64,000 nt of DNA from Octopus sinensis (lineage: Eukaryota). The notes under the pieces are model-generated. The model was not told where the DNA came from. It made no database searches and saw only the letters and a program-made list of their open reading frames with translations. A program made the position numbers and the translations under genes. Positions 12,557 to 24,698 of this stretch are shown one piece after another; position 1 is the first letter of the stretch, and each line of letters opens with the position of its first letter. The DNA lies in the NCBI RefSeq assembly GCF_006345805.1, contig NC_043004.1, positions 91,202,001 to 91,266,000 on the forward strand. Reading direction: 5' to 3'.

Positions 12557-13324
12557 ATGAGAGAGAGAGCACAAGTGCGGAGTGCACTGAATAACCAGCT
12601 GGCAAAGGTGTCCTCCTGTGGGTTAAAATAGCAGTATCATCTGTTCTTAGAGAACGCTCATGTTTAGGTGGTGATAAACATTACTTCTAAAATACTGCTT
12701 TCATCACTTATAGAGATTATCTTAATGAGCCAGTCTGCTTGTTATAAGATGCTGTTTTCTTTCTGTCTTATGCAGCCCGAACACCATATATGTACATGTG
12801 TGTGTGTGTGTATGTGTGTGAGTGGGGGTGGGTGTTTGAGTGAATCAGTTTGTAGTTTCCTTGTCTTCAAATGTGTAGGCTTACTGGTTCTGAACAATAG
12901 CTTTGTTGATGTGCATGTTTGCTTATAGCCCACTGTGATTGCATGTTCAGGCTGTATATTGTTTGACAGACTGGGATTTTATTACACTGCTGGGGAACAA
13001 GTACAGGTTGGCAACAGGAAGCACATCTGACCATAGAAAAAAATCTGCCCTATAAGCTTATACATTAAAAAAAATGATGAAGTATGAATATGTGCATGTG
13101 TGAGAGTGTATGAAAAAATTACACTAAAACAAGTTGTTTAGTCATGTATCCTTTATTAAAAACTAATTCAAAATTTATAGAATGAAGACTGGGGAATGCA
13201 CATATGTGGACACATAGATATCTATATAAAAAAATAGTTATGTATATACATATACATGTTTATATATAAATATATATATACAGATGCATACAAACATGTG
13301 TGTATATATGTGTGTGTGTGTGTG

Positions 13325-13390
<66 letters not shown>

Positions 13391-13405
13391 CACACAAACA
13401 TACAC

Positions 13406-13436
<31 letters not shown>

Positions 13437-13437
<1 letters not shown>

Positions 13438-13850
13438 CCCAGCGGTTGAGGGAACCTGTGGAAGACCTGGGATGAGGTGGTGAAGCACGACTTTCGAACA
13501 TTAGGCCTCACTGAGGCTATGACTAGTGACCGAGACCTTTGGAAATATGCTGTGCTTGAGAAGACCTGGCAAGACAAGTGAGACCATAACCCGTGGCCTA
13601 TGCCAGGGGTGTAACCAGCCCACTTATGGGTACCTTTCCTTCATTGGACACTAAACTCTGCTTGCGAAGACCTGTTGTGGCAAGTGAAATCAAAATTGAA
13701 ATCAAATTCGATGACTGGCATCCATGCTAGTGGAGCGCTAAGAGTACCATCCAAGCGTGATCGTTTCCAGAGCAGCAGACTGCTTCCATGCTAGTGGCAC
13801 GTAAAAAGCACCATTTGAGCATGATAGTTACCAGTGTCACCTTTCTGGCA
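13437..13850 (+). mobile_element. RTE LINE 3' fragment
   Basis: Encodes ...[39 protein letters not shown] followed by family 3' UTR. Confidence 0.85.
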
Positions 13851-14329
13851 CTTGTGCTGGTGAAAAAATACAAAGAAAACAAGGACAGGTCATTTGAAGT
13901 TTTCTCTCTTCACTCAAGAACCATATTATCCTCACAATTTCAGCTGATTATTCTTGAGATTGCTTCAATCTGGCCAGCCCCAAGGAAAAACTAAGCTAAG
14001 AGCATTAGATTCCTTGGAAGAAAGCAGCGAATGTATACAAAAACAAGGATGGAAAAAACGGACAATGTTACACAAATATAAATACAATAAAAATAATAAC
14101 AGGACATAACAACAGGTGTCTTTCGACTAAAGATGAATTGAATTAAGCTGGCGTGTGTGGAAATGAAGCCTTACAGCAGAGATACAAAAATTTCACAAAC
14201 ACAGGGAAGAATATTGATGTTGAAGGGACCACAGTCAAACCAAGAAAGAAAGAACAGGCTTGGCCGATCGGTCATGTGGGAAGAGAAGAGAGAGAATACA
14301 CAGATGGATCTGCACAGACACATGCTCAG

Positions 14330-14973
14330 GTGCCAGTATGGCGATGCTGGTAATGATCACGCTCGAATGGAACTTTTTACGTGCCACCAGCACGGAAGCC
14401 AGTTAGCTGCTCTGGCAACGATCATGCTCAGATGGTGCTCTTAGTACCCTACTAGCATGGGGCACAAGTGCCAGTAAGGTGACGCTGGTAATGATCACAC
14501 TCAAATGGTACCTTTTTTGTGCCACTGGCACGGAAGCCGGTTAGCCGCTCTGTCAATGATCACATTCGTATGGTGCTCTTTGCACTCCGCTAGCACGGAT
14601 GCCAGTCATCGAATTTGATTTCGATTTCACTTGCCTCAACAGGTCTTCGCAAGCAGAGTTTAGTGTCCAAAGAAGGAAAAGGTATGCATAAGCGGGCTGA
14701 TTACGCCCCTGGCATAGGCCACAAGGTTATAGTCTCATTTGACTTGCCGGGTCTTCTCAAGCACAGCATATTTCCAAAAGTCTCGGTCACTAGTCATTTC
14801 CTTGGTGAGGCCTAAAGTTCGAAAGTCGTGCTTCACCACTTCATCCCAGATCTTCCTGGGTCTACTTCTTCCACAGGTTCCCTCAACTGCTAGGGTGTGG
14901 CACTTTTTCACATAGCTATCCTCATCCATTCTCGCTTCATGACCATACCAGCGCAGTCATCTCTCTTGCACAC
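14330..14973 (-). mobile_element. RTE LINE 3' fragment
   Basis: ORF 14735-14929 [40 protein letters not shown] plus 3' UTR hairpin repeats. Confidence 0.85.
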
Positions 14974-15864
14974 CAATTAATCAATATTCACAGATACCAT
15001 GTGATGAGTTAGTATTTAAGTGTACAATATGTATAAATATTAAACTATTTCTGGATTTCTTTTCCTCCTTCTATCGTGGTAAAAGTTTGGTATATACTCA
15101 AAAATATTCATAAATTTCTATCCTTTTGTTATAATATTCTTCTTAATAATCCTCTGAATAACCCTAAACGTTAACTGCATACAATATAGAAACATTGTTT
15201 AAAATACGTAACTAAAGTACTACAGGATAAGACTTCCCTTGTTTCACTATCAATGGTCTGCTAGTAGGTGACCCCCTTAATTGTCAGCTAACATCTTGTT
15301 TTAAGTTTTCCTTTACCAAACCTCATGATATTGCTTCTAATAAATCTTGAATTTTATGACTATACTAACTATGATGTCTATCTGCTCCCTCAACCCTACC
15401 CCTAACAGATATTGCCCTCTGTTCTCTCAGCCTTAGATATACAAGGGTTTTGATAAATTAGTCTAGAAATTAAAACTGACCCCATAAAAACAAAAAAAAA
15501 TCAGTGACAGGCAGAGTCTGTAACAATGTATATCTTCTTGAAAAGCTTAGTAACTTCTATGCTGGAGTCAGAACAGCATGTTCTTTGTCTATCTCCTTAA
15601 CTTCTTGGAGATTTTAGGTATAATTATACTAATTTGTCCATCTGTTCTAATTTAATTAAATTCTATGTCTTTGTGCAGCTGAAGATTGCTCTGCATTTTA
15701 AAAATTGATGTAATGATTGCATTGTTCAATTAAATGGAGTTGCATGAAATGATCATACTGCATTACCTCTGGATATCCTTGTTGCTTATTTTGATTTCAA
15801 TCACCTTACTTTGAAATTGTATGGATAATACCGTACTAAATTAAGTACCATATTCTTATGAATC

Positions 15865-15925
<61 letters not shown>

Positions 15926-16187
15926 GTGTGTGTATGTTTGTGTGTCTGTGTTTGTCCCCCCACCATCACTTGACAACTGATATTGGTGTGTTCACATCCC
16001 TGTAACTTTGCATTTCAGCAAAAGAGACCGATAGAATAAGTACTAGGCTTAAAAAATAAGTCCTGGAGTCGATTTAGTTAACTAGAGGTGGTGCTCCAGC
16101 ATGCCTGCAGTTAAATGACTGGAAAAATAAAAGAATATATATATATACATATGTATATGTATGTATATATATATCAGATATATAATA

Positions 16188-16460
16188 TATAGAAATTAAA
16201 TATAAATTACAAAATGGGACAAGAACGCAAAAACACACAAAGAGACGATACAAAAAAAACAGACGGGTCATTCGAAGCCTCTAATCTTCAGTTGGGAACG
16301 GGATCATCTTAGCTATTTTGGCTGAGCCGAAATTGTTAAGATGATCCGGTTCCTGACTGAAGATTAGAGGCTTCGAATGACCCGTCTGTTTTTTTTGTAT
16401 CGTCTCTTTGTGTGTTTTTGCGTTCTTGTCCCATTTTGTAATTTATATTTAATTTCTATA
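16188..16460. repeat. TA-embedded palindrome, about 125-bp arms, about 23-nt spacer
   Basis: tatagaaattaaatataaattacaaaatgggacaag...ggatcatctta mirrored by taagatgatcc...cccattttgtaatttatatttaatttctata. Confidence 0.9.
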
Positions 16461-16493
16461 CATATATTATTACGCCATAACGTACCCCTATCT

Positions 16494-16533
<40 letters not shown>

Positions 16534-17183
16534 TAAATTCAAACACATATTATATATCTATATAGCAAGAAAAACAGTATAAATTCCAGAAGGTAATCTT
16601 TATCTCCAACTTAATGTAGATGTTATGTTAAAACACGGAATACTGTTATTTACCTTGAGAGGAATTCCAATATGGACTTGTGGTGTATAAATGCACACTT
16701 ATTTATATTGTTGACAGACATAAATGCACTCTTTCTTATACTGTTGCTGGAATTGCCAGATCATGTGATTTTGCTCTGTTTTGAGCTCATCAGTGACAGA
16801 TATCCAGTTGCACCATAACAGATGAATCTCTGATGAACAATATATACAATATCAATATCGATTCAGTCACTGATATCACAACAGTCAGTGGACTTATTAA
16901 AAAATATTTAATAGTCATAGAAGCAGTGTGAATACCAGAAGATAATCTTTATCTCCAACTTAAAGATGTATAGAATATCAGTATTTAACACAACATCCAT
17001 ATTAAGTAGGAGATAAAGATATCTACCTGCTTACATACATACATATATATATATATCATTATTATATTTTAGTTTGTTAACATAGCTAGTCCTTGTTAGT
17101 GTCTAGACTACATCACTGTACCACATGTCACTTCTCCCAGCCTAGTATTTAAGATAAAGGGTCCAGAATCAACGATAATAAAT

Positions 17184-17189
17184 TTTATT
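17184..17189 (-). terminator. Candidate polyadenylation signal AATAAA directly after the IFT74 stop codon
   Basis: Minus strand reads TGA AATAAA ATTT. Confidence 0.55.
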
Positions 17190-17305
17190 TCACAAGCCAG
17201 TGTTTGACAGCATCTGTTGTAGTTGACCGTTGTATTTATCCACATGGAAGAACACCTGTGTCTTGATGGGTTCATAGTCACACTCTGCTGTCTTGCTGCC
17301 AATAT
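17190..17305 (-). CDS. IFT74: IFT74 terminal coding exon (YIGSKTAECDYEPIKTQVFFHVDKYNGQLQQMLSNTGL-stop)
   Basis: Acceptor aaattctctcag, phase 1, TGA at 17190-17192. Resembles the human C-terminus [27 protein letters not shown]. Confidence 0.93.
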
Positions 17306-17929
17306 CTGAGAGAATTTTAAAGGAAATATGAGGATAGTAGTATTAGTGGTGGTAATGATGGTAGTGGTAATGATAATAGCGGTAATGGTAGTTGTAGCAG
17401 TGATGGCAATAATGGTGATGGTGATTACGGTAATGGTGGTGGTGGGAAAAGATGATACTGAGATGGAAGGGTGGACATCAAAAGGAATTTCACTGACAAA
17501 CTTTGGTCAAACTAACTCTACAATAGAGGGTACTTACCTGAGGTATAATTCAGTGAAAATGAACTAGTACCTACACTGATTTGGCAGCTATGCACTGATT
17601 TGACCAATGGTCTCGAATCAGACCAATATTGAACCATGTTGGATAATTTAGTTGTTGGAGAGTTAAATTTTCACAGCTAGATACATTTCCCACATCAATA
17701 TCTATTCAGTCACTGATATCACAACAGTCGGACTTATTAAAAAATATTTAATAGTCATAGAAGCAGTGTGAATACCAGAAGATAATCTTTATCTCCAACT
17801 TAAAGATATATAGAATATCAGTGTTTAACACAACATCCATGATAAGTAGGGGATAAAGATATCTACATGCATGCATGCATACATACATACATACATACAT
17901 ACATCATACATAAATACATAAATACATAC

Positions 17930-18478
17930 ATTATTATGGCTGCCCCCTCGTTATCGAGTATGGCCATTGCATGAAGCTTAACTGGTACTGGTGCTGTAAT
18001 CGAATGTGACTTTTTAGCCCAGCCAAAGATCTACAATGTCTTGTACAAAATTGGCAACTAAAACCTTTACTGGTAATAGCCGGCTGTAGTTGTAACTGGG
18101 CTTCATGTACCTTTGCATGTCGTTTAAGTCCTCCTGCCGAATTACACTCTCTTCCACATACCCGACAGATATGATTAGTATGGTATGTTACACCGCCACC
18201 AGTGGCCAGGTTGTCACTCATCTGTCTCGTTTCATGACTACGATGATGACTCATGAGTCCAGCTTTACTGAGGCAGGGTCTTGCACAGACATTGCATGTC
18301 AGAATCAAAGAAAGACCCTTCCCTTCTGGAAGTGTAACAGCGATGCCCTTCCTGACATTCCTCCTCACTTTCTCATGTGCAACTCGAGATTTCTCAAAAG
18401 TGGCTGTCCCCTCATGCACAATCCTTCTCCATCTGCTACGATCAATAGCTATGCCTTCTCATGTGTCAGGAGAGCTGC
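17930..18478 (-). mobile_element. RTE/BovB-type LINE C-terminal fragment encoding three C2H2 zinc fingers
   Basis: SPDT*EGIAIDRSRWRRIVHEGTATFEKSR resembles the RTE terminal helix. Three C-x2-C-x12-H-x3/4-H units follow (aa 42-62, 85-105, 122-143 of ORF 17934-18419). Flanked by (TACA)n. Confidence 0.75.
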
Positions 18479-19371
18479 AAGCATACATACATACATACAC
18501 ATATATATATCAAGTGCAAATTAGGGAGCTCAAGGGCATAACACACAATGGTTACAACTAAATTTGAACTAATAACTATCTGATCAGTGATACAGCTTTC
18601 AGAAACTGTGTTTCATATAACAATTTTGTGCAGACATTAGCTGCTTTCTTCATGATATATATATATATATAATACATGCTTCTCTCTCATCCTGGCTTTC
18701 CTTAGCCCAAACACATAAGCAACAAATTTTATAAACAGATTTAAACCTTAAAATCAATACAGTCAGTTCAGGCAACAATAATAATCAATAATATTGAGCA
18801 ATAGTATAAATGGATGTATTTAAATTGATTTTTTGATTAACAGATCAGCTGACTCGATAGATAAGGTACTGAATTTTTTTTAAGAAAATGATTTGTGTTG
18901 AGAACCCCTTTTCAGAACCTTTTCAATTATCAGTGGGAGAAAGGGAGGAAGTTACACTTAGACTGGAAACTTAACCTTAATGCACGCAACAAAGTGCCAT
19001 CCACTACAGGTACATAAGGGCCAGGTGGTGGAGGTAAATGGAGATGAATTAAGCCTACCATCTAAGTTCAAAGGTTTGTGTGGAGTTCAAACATGGGGAC
19101 CCCAAACACCCTTCATCTATTAAACAAAGGGTCCTGCATTTCTTTCTGGCAAAATAATTTGTTTCCACTTTTATAATCTTAATCTGACTGTAGTTAGAGG
19201 AGCTGTAAGATAATTATCATTATTAACACCTATCATATGGCTGAAGACTGAGTTTTTGAATTTACATGTAGCGTATTCCTGGGAAGAGTATGTTACCCAC
19301 TGACCTTCAAATAACTACAACCAAGCACTGCAGGTTAAACATTTCATGTAAAGATAGGGAGAATATACAGA

Positions 19372-19690
19372 CACGTAAAAAGCACCATCCGATTGTGGCC
19401 GTTGCCAGCCTCGCCTGGCCTCCGTGCCGGTGGCACATAAAAAGCACCAACCGATCGTGGCCGTTTGCCAGCCTCGTCTGGCATCTGTGCCGGTGGCATG
19501 TAAAAAGCACCCACTACACTCATGGAGTGGTTGGCGTTAGGAAGGGCATCCAGCCGTAGAAACACTGCCAGATAAGACTGGGCCTGGTGCAGCCTTCTGG
19601 CTTCCCAGACCCCAGTTGCACTGTCCAACCCATGCCAGCATGGAAAGCGGGCGCTAAACGATGATGATGATGATGATGATGATGATGACA
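19372..19690 (+). mobile_element. Solo RTE 3'-UTR copy (similar copies about 7130-7500, 27200-27495, 38620-39180, 52970-53140, 56420-56570, 59990-60285, 60990-61445)
   Basis: ggtggcacgtaaaaagcacc units, ggagtggttggcgttaggaagggcatccagc, ccatgccagcatggaaa, (GAT)n tail. Confidence 0.85.
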
Positions 19691-19697
19691 TACACCC

Positions 19698-19857
19698 ATG
19701 GTGATCCCTAGTTTGTTCAGTGAGCAACCAGGGTTCACCAGTGACCCCGACTTTATTCAATGAGTAGTTAGATCCCATCAGTGATCTCTATTTTCTTCAG
19801 TGAACAATCAGTAATCACCAGTGATCCCTAGATTGCTTAATGAGCAACCAATGAAGC
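19698..19857. repeat. Degenerate 40-bp minisatellite, 4 copies
   Basis: gtga(t/c)c(c/t)c starts at 19701, 19741, 19781 and 19821. Confidence 0.75.
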
Positions 19858-20006
19858 CTACTTTTTTTTTCTTTACAGTGCACCTCAGTGACCTCTGTTT
19901 TCAATAAACTCAGCTGTTCCATAATTTTACATGAACTAAGTCTCAGAACAAATGTGTTATTGCTGTAGTTAAAATATGTTGTTTACTGTGTTGTCATAAA
20001 GGATAC

Positions 20007-20067
20007 ATTCTTTCAAGGTGTGGTTGTTCTGTTCAAGCTGTTGCCATTTCTTTTCAAGATTCCCAAG
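20007..20067 (-). CDS. IFT74: IFT74 coding exon (LGNLEKKWQQLEQNNHTLKE)
   Basis: Acceptor gtttttctttcag, donor gtatcc, 61 nt, phase 0 to 1. Close to human [20 protein letters not shown]. Confidence 0.95.
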
Positions 20068-22269
20068 CTGAAAGAAAAACAGAGTTCTTGTTAAAAATAT
20101 AGCCTTGAGATAGATATGTAGGGTTCATACCACCCATAGGCACGACCAACAGAGAAACTTCTCTTTGATAGATTCCACAGAACAATTTAGCAACCAAATC
20201 ATACACAACAAAGCCCCTATTGTCTTCAATGCCTGAGTAAACTTAAAGACTCAGTTTTCATTGGTGTGATGATGACTACGACAATAATATATAATAACAA
20301 TAATGACAAAGGATTGGTCTTGACTGGTATGGCACATGTACTGAGATGAGCATTGTTGCTGTGAATTTTCTTTGTTTTTCCCCTTTAATTTCTTTGTTTA
20401 CTTTTTACTTTTTCCTTTTTCTCTGTCTTTCTTCCCCGTTTTCTCTATCACATAACTTTGTAAATGAACAATCTGGTGTTTTTATTTTAATGGCCTACCA
20501 ATGTATACAGTGAGTTTTTCTGCCTTAGGTGTCAGGAAGACACTCAGCAAAAAATGGAAACAGAATTGAAAGATGATAATAATAATGATAACAAGAGCAC
20601 CCAGAGAGTGCAAATCTCCACACAAAGGCAGCACCAACGTCCTCTCAATGATTTTTAAAATGAGAATATCTGAAATAAACTCGACTGCTCTCACAAATGA
20701 GAATACTAAAAATGAATCCAACCACTCTCAAAAATTAAGTAAAAAAAAACGAAAAATAATCCTGAATCCTTGTCCAGTACCTGATTGATCCCAATGGTAG
20801 TCATGGAAAATGAAGGTGGGTGTGTGGGCCGTGTTTGTAATGCTGCGTGTGTGTGTCGTCTGCAGTGGGAACAGGGACAGTTTTGTCTATGAAGGTATTT
20901 TTTAGTCTATCCATTGTCTTTACAACCATTAAGGTCTATAGTGAAAAATTTATTTGTGTGCGAAAGAAAACAGAAAGGATCTGCATATGGTGCTGTGTTA
21001 ACAGATGTTTAACAACATTGTTGCACACAAAAACGTGAGTCCAAGAAGTAAAGCTTCCTTCAAGGCAGAGCTAGAAATGCAATTGTCAGGTAGGTAAGAG
21101 GTTTTAAACAGGTGCGATATATTCAAAATTGGTGAAACTAAAAATTGCTGAGGTAAATTAAATTTATTTTTGTTACTGAATATGTTAGTGTTATTTAATT
21201 TCTGAATGGTTTTGCTGCCGTTTGTTTATGTAGTTTGATTTCTTTATCCATCAGTTTCTACTAAGATAGAGATGTGAGTAAAATTAATGATAGAAAAATG
21301 AAAATAAAACTTTGGAAACAGCAACACTGCCATAACTGATGTGGAAACCATGAGTGTGCTTTCAAGGGAGATAATCAGAGAAAGACTTGAAAGTGAAGGT
21401 AAGATCGTAATACTTCATGTAAAGTAAATATAACAGATAATCCCAAATCATTGTCCAGTACCAGATCGATCCCAAAATCTAATCAGTTCATGCCAATTAC
21501 AAGGCCAGACATCCCTGAAAGTTTCATCCGAATCCAACCAACAGTTCTTGAGATATCTTGTCCACGGACAAACAAACAAACACAACTGAAAACAATACCT
21601 CCACTTTATAATAATATTAATGTGAGATAGCATGAATGTGGGCAATGTGTTGGAGAAGTTAGGATTGATATGGAGTTAGAACATGCTCAGAAAACTGCTT
21701 TATTGGGGACTGAGGATTTTGAGACTGGTACTTGGATGTCAAGTGTCATGGAAAGAGACTCAGTGAGACTCTTGACAACAGGTTGTTGTTCACTTTTACA
21801 GAATTAGCTGGAGTTAGTGAAATCGAGAGCTTTGAGAAGTGAAATGCCAATAATAATCCTTTCCACTAAAAGTACAAGGCCTGAAATGTTTGGGGAGGGG
21901 CTAGTCGATTACATTGACTCCAGTGTTTCACTGGTACTTAACTTATCAACCCTAAAAGGATGAAAGGCACAATCAACTTCAGGGAAATTTGAACTCAGAA
22001 CATTGTGACGGGCAAAATACCTGGGGGACGAACAAGGACAGACAAACAGGTTAAGTCGATTATATCAACCCCAGTGCGTAACTGGTACTTATTTAATCGA
22101 CCCCGAAAGGATGAAAGGCAAAGTCGATCTTGGCGGAATTTGAACTCAGAACGTAGTGACGGGCGAAATACCGCTAAGCATTTCACCTGGCGTACTAACG
22201 ATTCTGCCAGCTCACTGCTCCTCACTAAGCATTTCTTCCAGCATGCTAACAATTCTGCTAGGAACAAAC

Positions 22270-23370
22270 ATGGTTGACAAAAGGAAGGACAATGCTGAAA
22301 TAGAGAAAAGAGAAAGGAAGTCAGCAATTGTAGACCAATAACTTGCTTATCATTACTCTGAAAACTTGTAACTGCTTTCATGGCAGATGAAAATATATAA
22401 TTTTCTGTCAGAAAAGCAAAAAGGATGTAGGAAGAAACCAAGAAAAAAACTGGAGATCTACTATAAATAAATGAGGTAGAAGAATCTAGGTGTTGGAGGG
22501 ATGGGTTACAGGAAGGCCTACAATAGTGTCCCACATAGCTGGCTCTTGGAAAGCCTGGGGAGATTCAGAATCAATGAGAAGGTAATCAGCTCTTTTGAGA
22601 AAGCAATGAGAGTAGGAAAGTAGAAATGACAGGTGCAAATGAATCACTAGGTAATGTGAAAATACACAGGGGGTATTTTCCAAGGAGATTCACTCTCTCC
22701 ATTACTCTTTGACATTGTACTAATCCCTCTGACAAATACTCTGAGAAAATCTAGGCCTGCCTATGAGTTTACCAAAACCAAGATAAGAATAAATCCCCTA
22801 CTTTACATGGATATCCTCAAGGTGTAGAGAGAGAAAGGAAATGATACAGGCCTGAATTTTCCACTCGAAACAGTGAGATTACTCAGTAAAGACATTAGAA
22901 TGCAGTTTGGGGTGGATAAGTGTGCAGTTCTAACTATGAAGAGAGGCCAGAAGATAAAGTTTGATGGCATAAAATTATTACAAGACAACATTGTTCAATT
23001 GCTATGGAATAATGAGGGTACAAATACCTTGGACTACTACAAGACAATAAGATAAGGGAAAGAGAGATGAGAGAGAAAATCACTAAAGTGTATGAAAGGA
23101 GAGTTAAGAAGTTGCTCAAGTCTAAATTAAATGGAGGGAACAACATTAACATGGGTAATGTCAGTATTCAGATCCTCAGACCCCTTTCTGAAATGGACAA
23201 AATTTGAGCTGCAGAACTTTAACAGAAGAACTAGAAAGCTGCTAACAATGAACAATGCATGCCATCCTAAAAGAAATACTGGCCAACTCTATCTGACAAG
23301 CAAGGAAGATGATAAAGGATTACTAAGTACAGAAGACAGAGTGAAAAGCATGATGCCTGTGTATGAACAG
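22270..23370 (+). mobile_element. Degenerate R4/Dong-clade LINE RT fragment (C-terminal piece also near 21620-21790)
   Basis: GIFQGDSLSPLLF, LLYMD(I)LK, KDIRMQFGVDKCAVLTMKRG, LQNFNRRTRKLLTMNNACHPK...LYLTSKEDDKGL. Multiple frameshifts. Confidence 0.8.
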
Positions 23371-23890
23371 TTATGCTACATGGCTGTGACTACTGAGGGC
23401 ATGCAAAGAAATGAAGCTAGTATGCTCTGCTGGATGGGTAATAATATTTGTGCATGTACAACAGAGTGTGATTTGAGACAAAAACTGGATGCACAAGGCC
23501 TCAGATGTAGTGGTGCCAGTGAGAAGACTACATGGTCATGTGATGCATAAGAATGAGGACAGCAGCATAAAAATGAGCTGAACATTAATTGTGGAAAGAA
23601 TACGTGGAAGGGGTAGACCCACGAAGTAGTGAGAAAGGATCTTCAGATGTGGGGCCTCATAGACGGAATGACAAGGGACTGAGACTTCTGACAGTTTGCT
23701 TTGCTTGAGAAGACATGTCAAGCTAAGTAAAACTGTAGCTGTCCATGCATACAGGCCTTGTGTCCTCTGCATCCCTCTCTCTCTGCCAAAAGATTCTAGT
23801 CTTGTGGGCTCATGGGTGCTGGTGCCACGTCAAGCCATCAGTGCAGGTGCCACGTAAAAGTGCCTGTACAAGTGTCATGTAAAAGTGTGG
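23370..23890 (+). mobile_element. Old RTE LINE 3' fragment joined to the R4/Dong fragment
   Basis: CYMAVTTEGMQRNEASMLCWM..., then ggaaggggtagacccacgaagtagtg and gcttgagaagacatgtcaagctaagt. Confidence 0.7.
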
Positions 23891-24698
23891 TAATCTGGTG
23901 GCAGAAACATTAGCACGCCGGGCGAAATGCTTTGCGGTATTTCGTCTGCCGTTACGTTCTGAGTTCAAATTCTGCCGAGGTCGACTTTGCCTTTCATCCT
24001 TTCGGGGTCGATAAATTAAGTACCAGTTACGCACTGGGGTCGATATAATCGACTTAATACCTATGTCTGTCCTTGTTTGTCCCCTCTATGTTTAGCCCCT
24101 TGTGGGTAATAAAGAAATAGGTATGATGGTGGTAGTTGTGGTGTGATGGCATGATGCTGCTGTGGTGGTAATGGTGGCAGTAGTATTGTGGTGACATGTT
24201 GACAGTGATGGTGATGCTTTAAATCTGAAGTTAAATAAACTCCAGTCAACACAGAGAAAAAACAAAGCGTCAGCAGCCACAGAATGATAATAAACCATAA
24301 CATGATGACATGAATCTGAATTTCACTGGTTCCTAATCTCATAAGTCACCATTCCTAAACTTGATTCTCAATTCTCCCAAACAGCCTTCCTCCTCTCACC
24401 CCTAGGCTATCCCACACCTTTAATACCTAGAAGCCCCATAGATTATTGATGGGATCATGAAGGGGTTTGAATTTGTTTCCTTCCTTTCAGTTGTCTCTAT
24501 TGTAAACCAAATGAAAGAAAAGGAGAGATGAAGGGAGAGAGGAAGGAGAGAGAGAGAGAGAGAGTAAAGGGAGAGAGCTAGTGAGATATACAGGGTGCAA
24601 TAGAAAATCTTTCCATATTTTAAAGGAATCATTGGTGTAGCTCTACTGAAGTTTGCCAGGTGGCATTAGTGTCTTTATGCAGTAAATGTTATGTTTCT

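Noticed and set aside
16355-16395. CUGAAGA...CGAAU...GUC in the palindrome arm as a hammerhead
   Set aside because: No convincing stem II, stem I or GAAA motif.
18459-18461. TGA in place of Trp (also 63604-63606) as a stop rescued by A-to-I editing
   Set aside because: A simple G-to-A transition in a decaying TE explains it, and there is no evidence of expression or editing.
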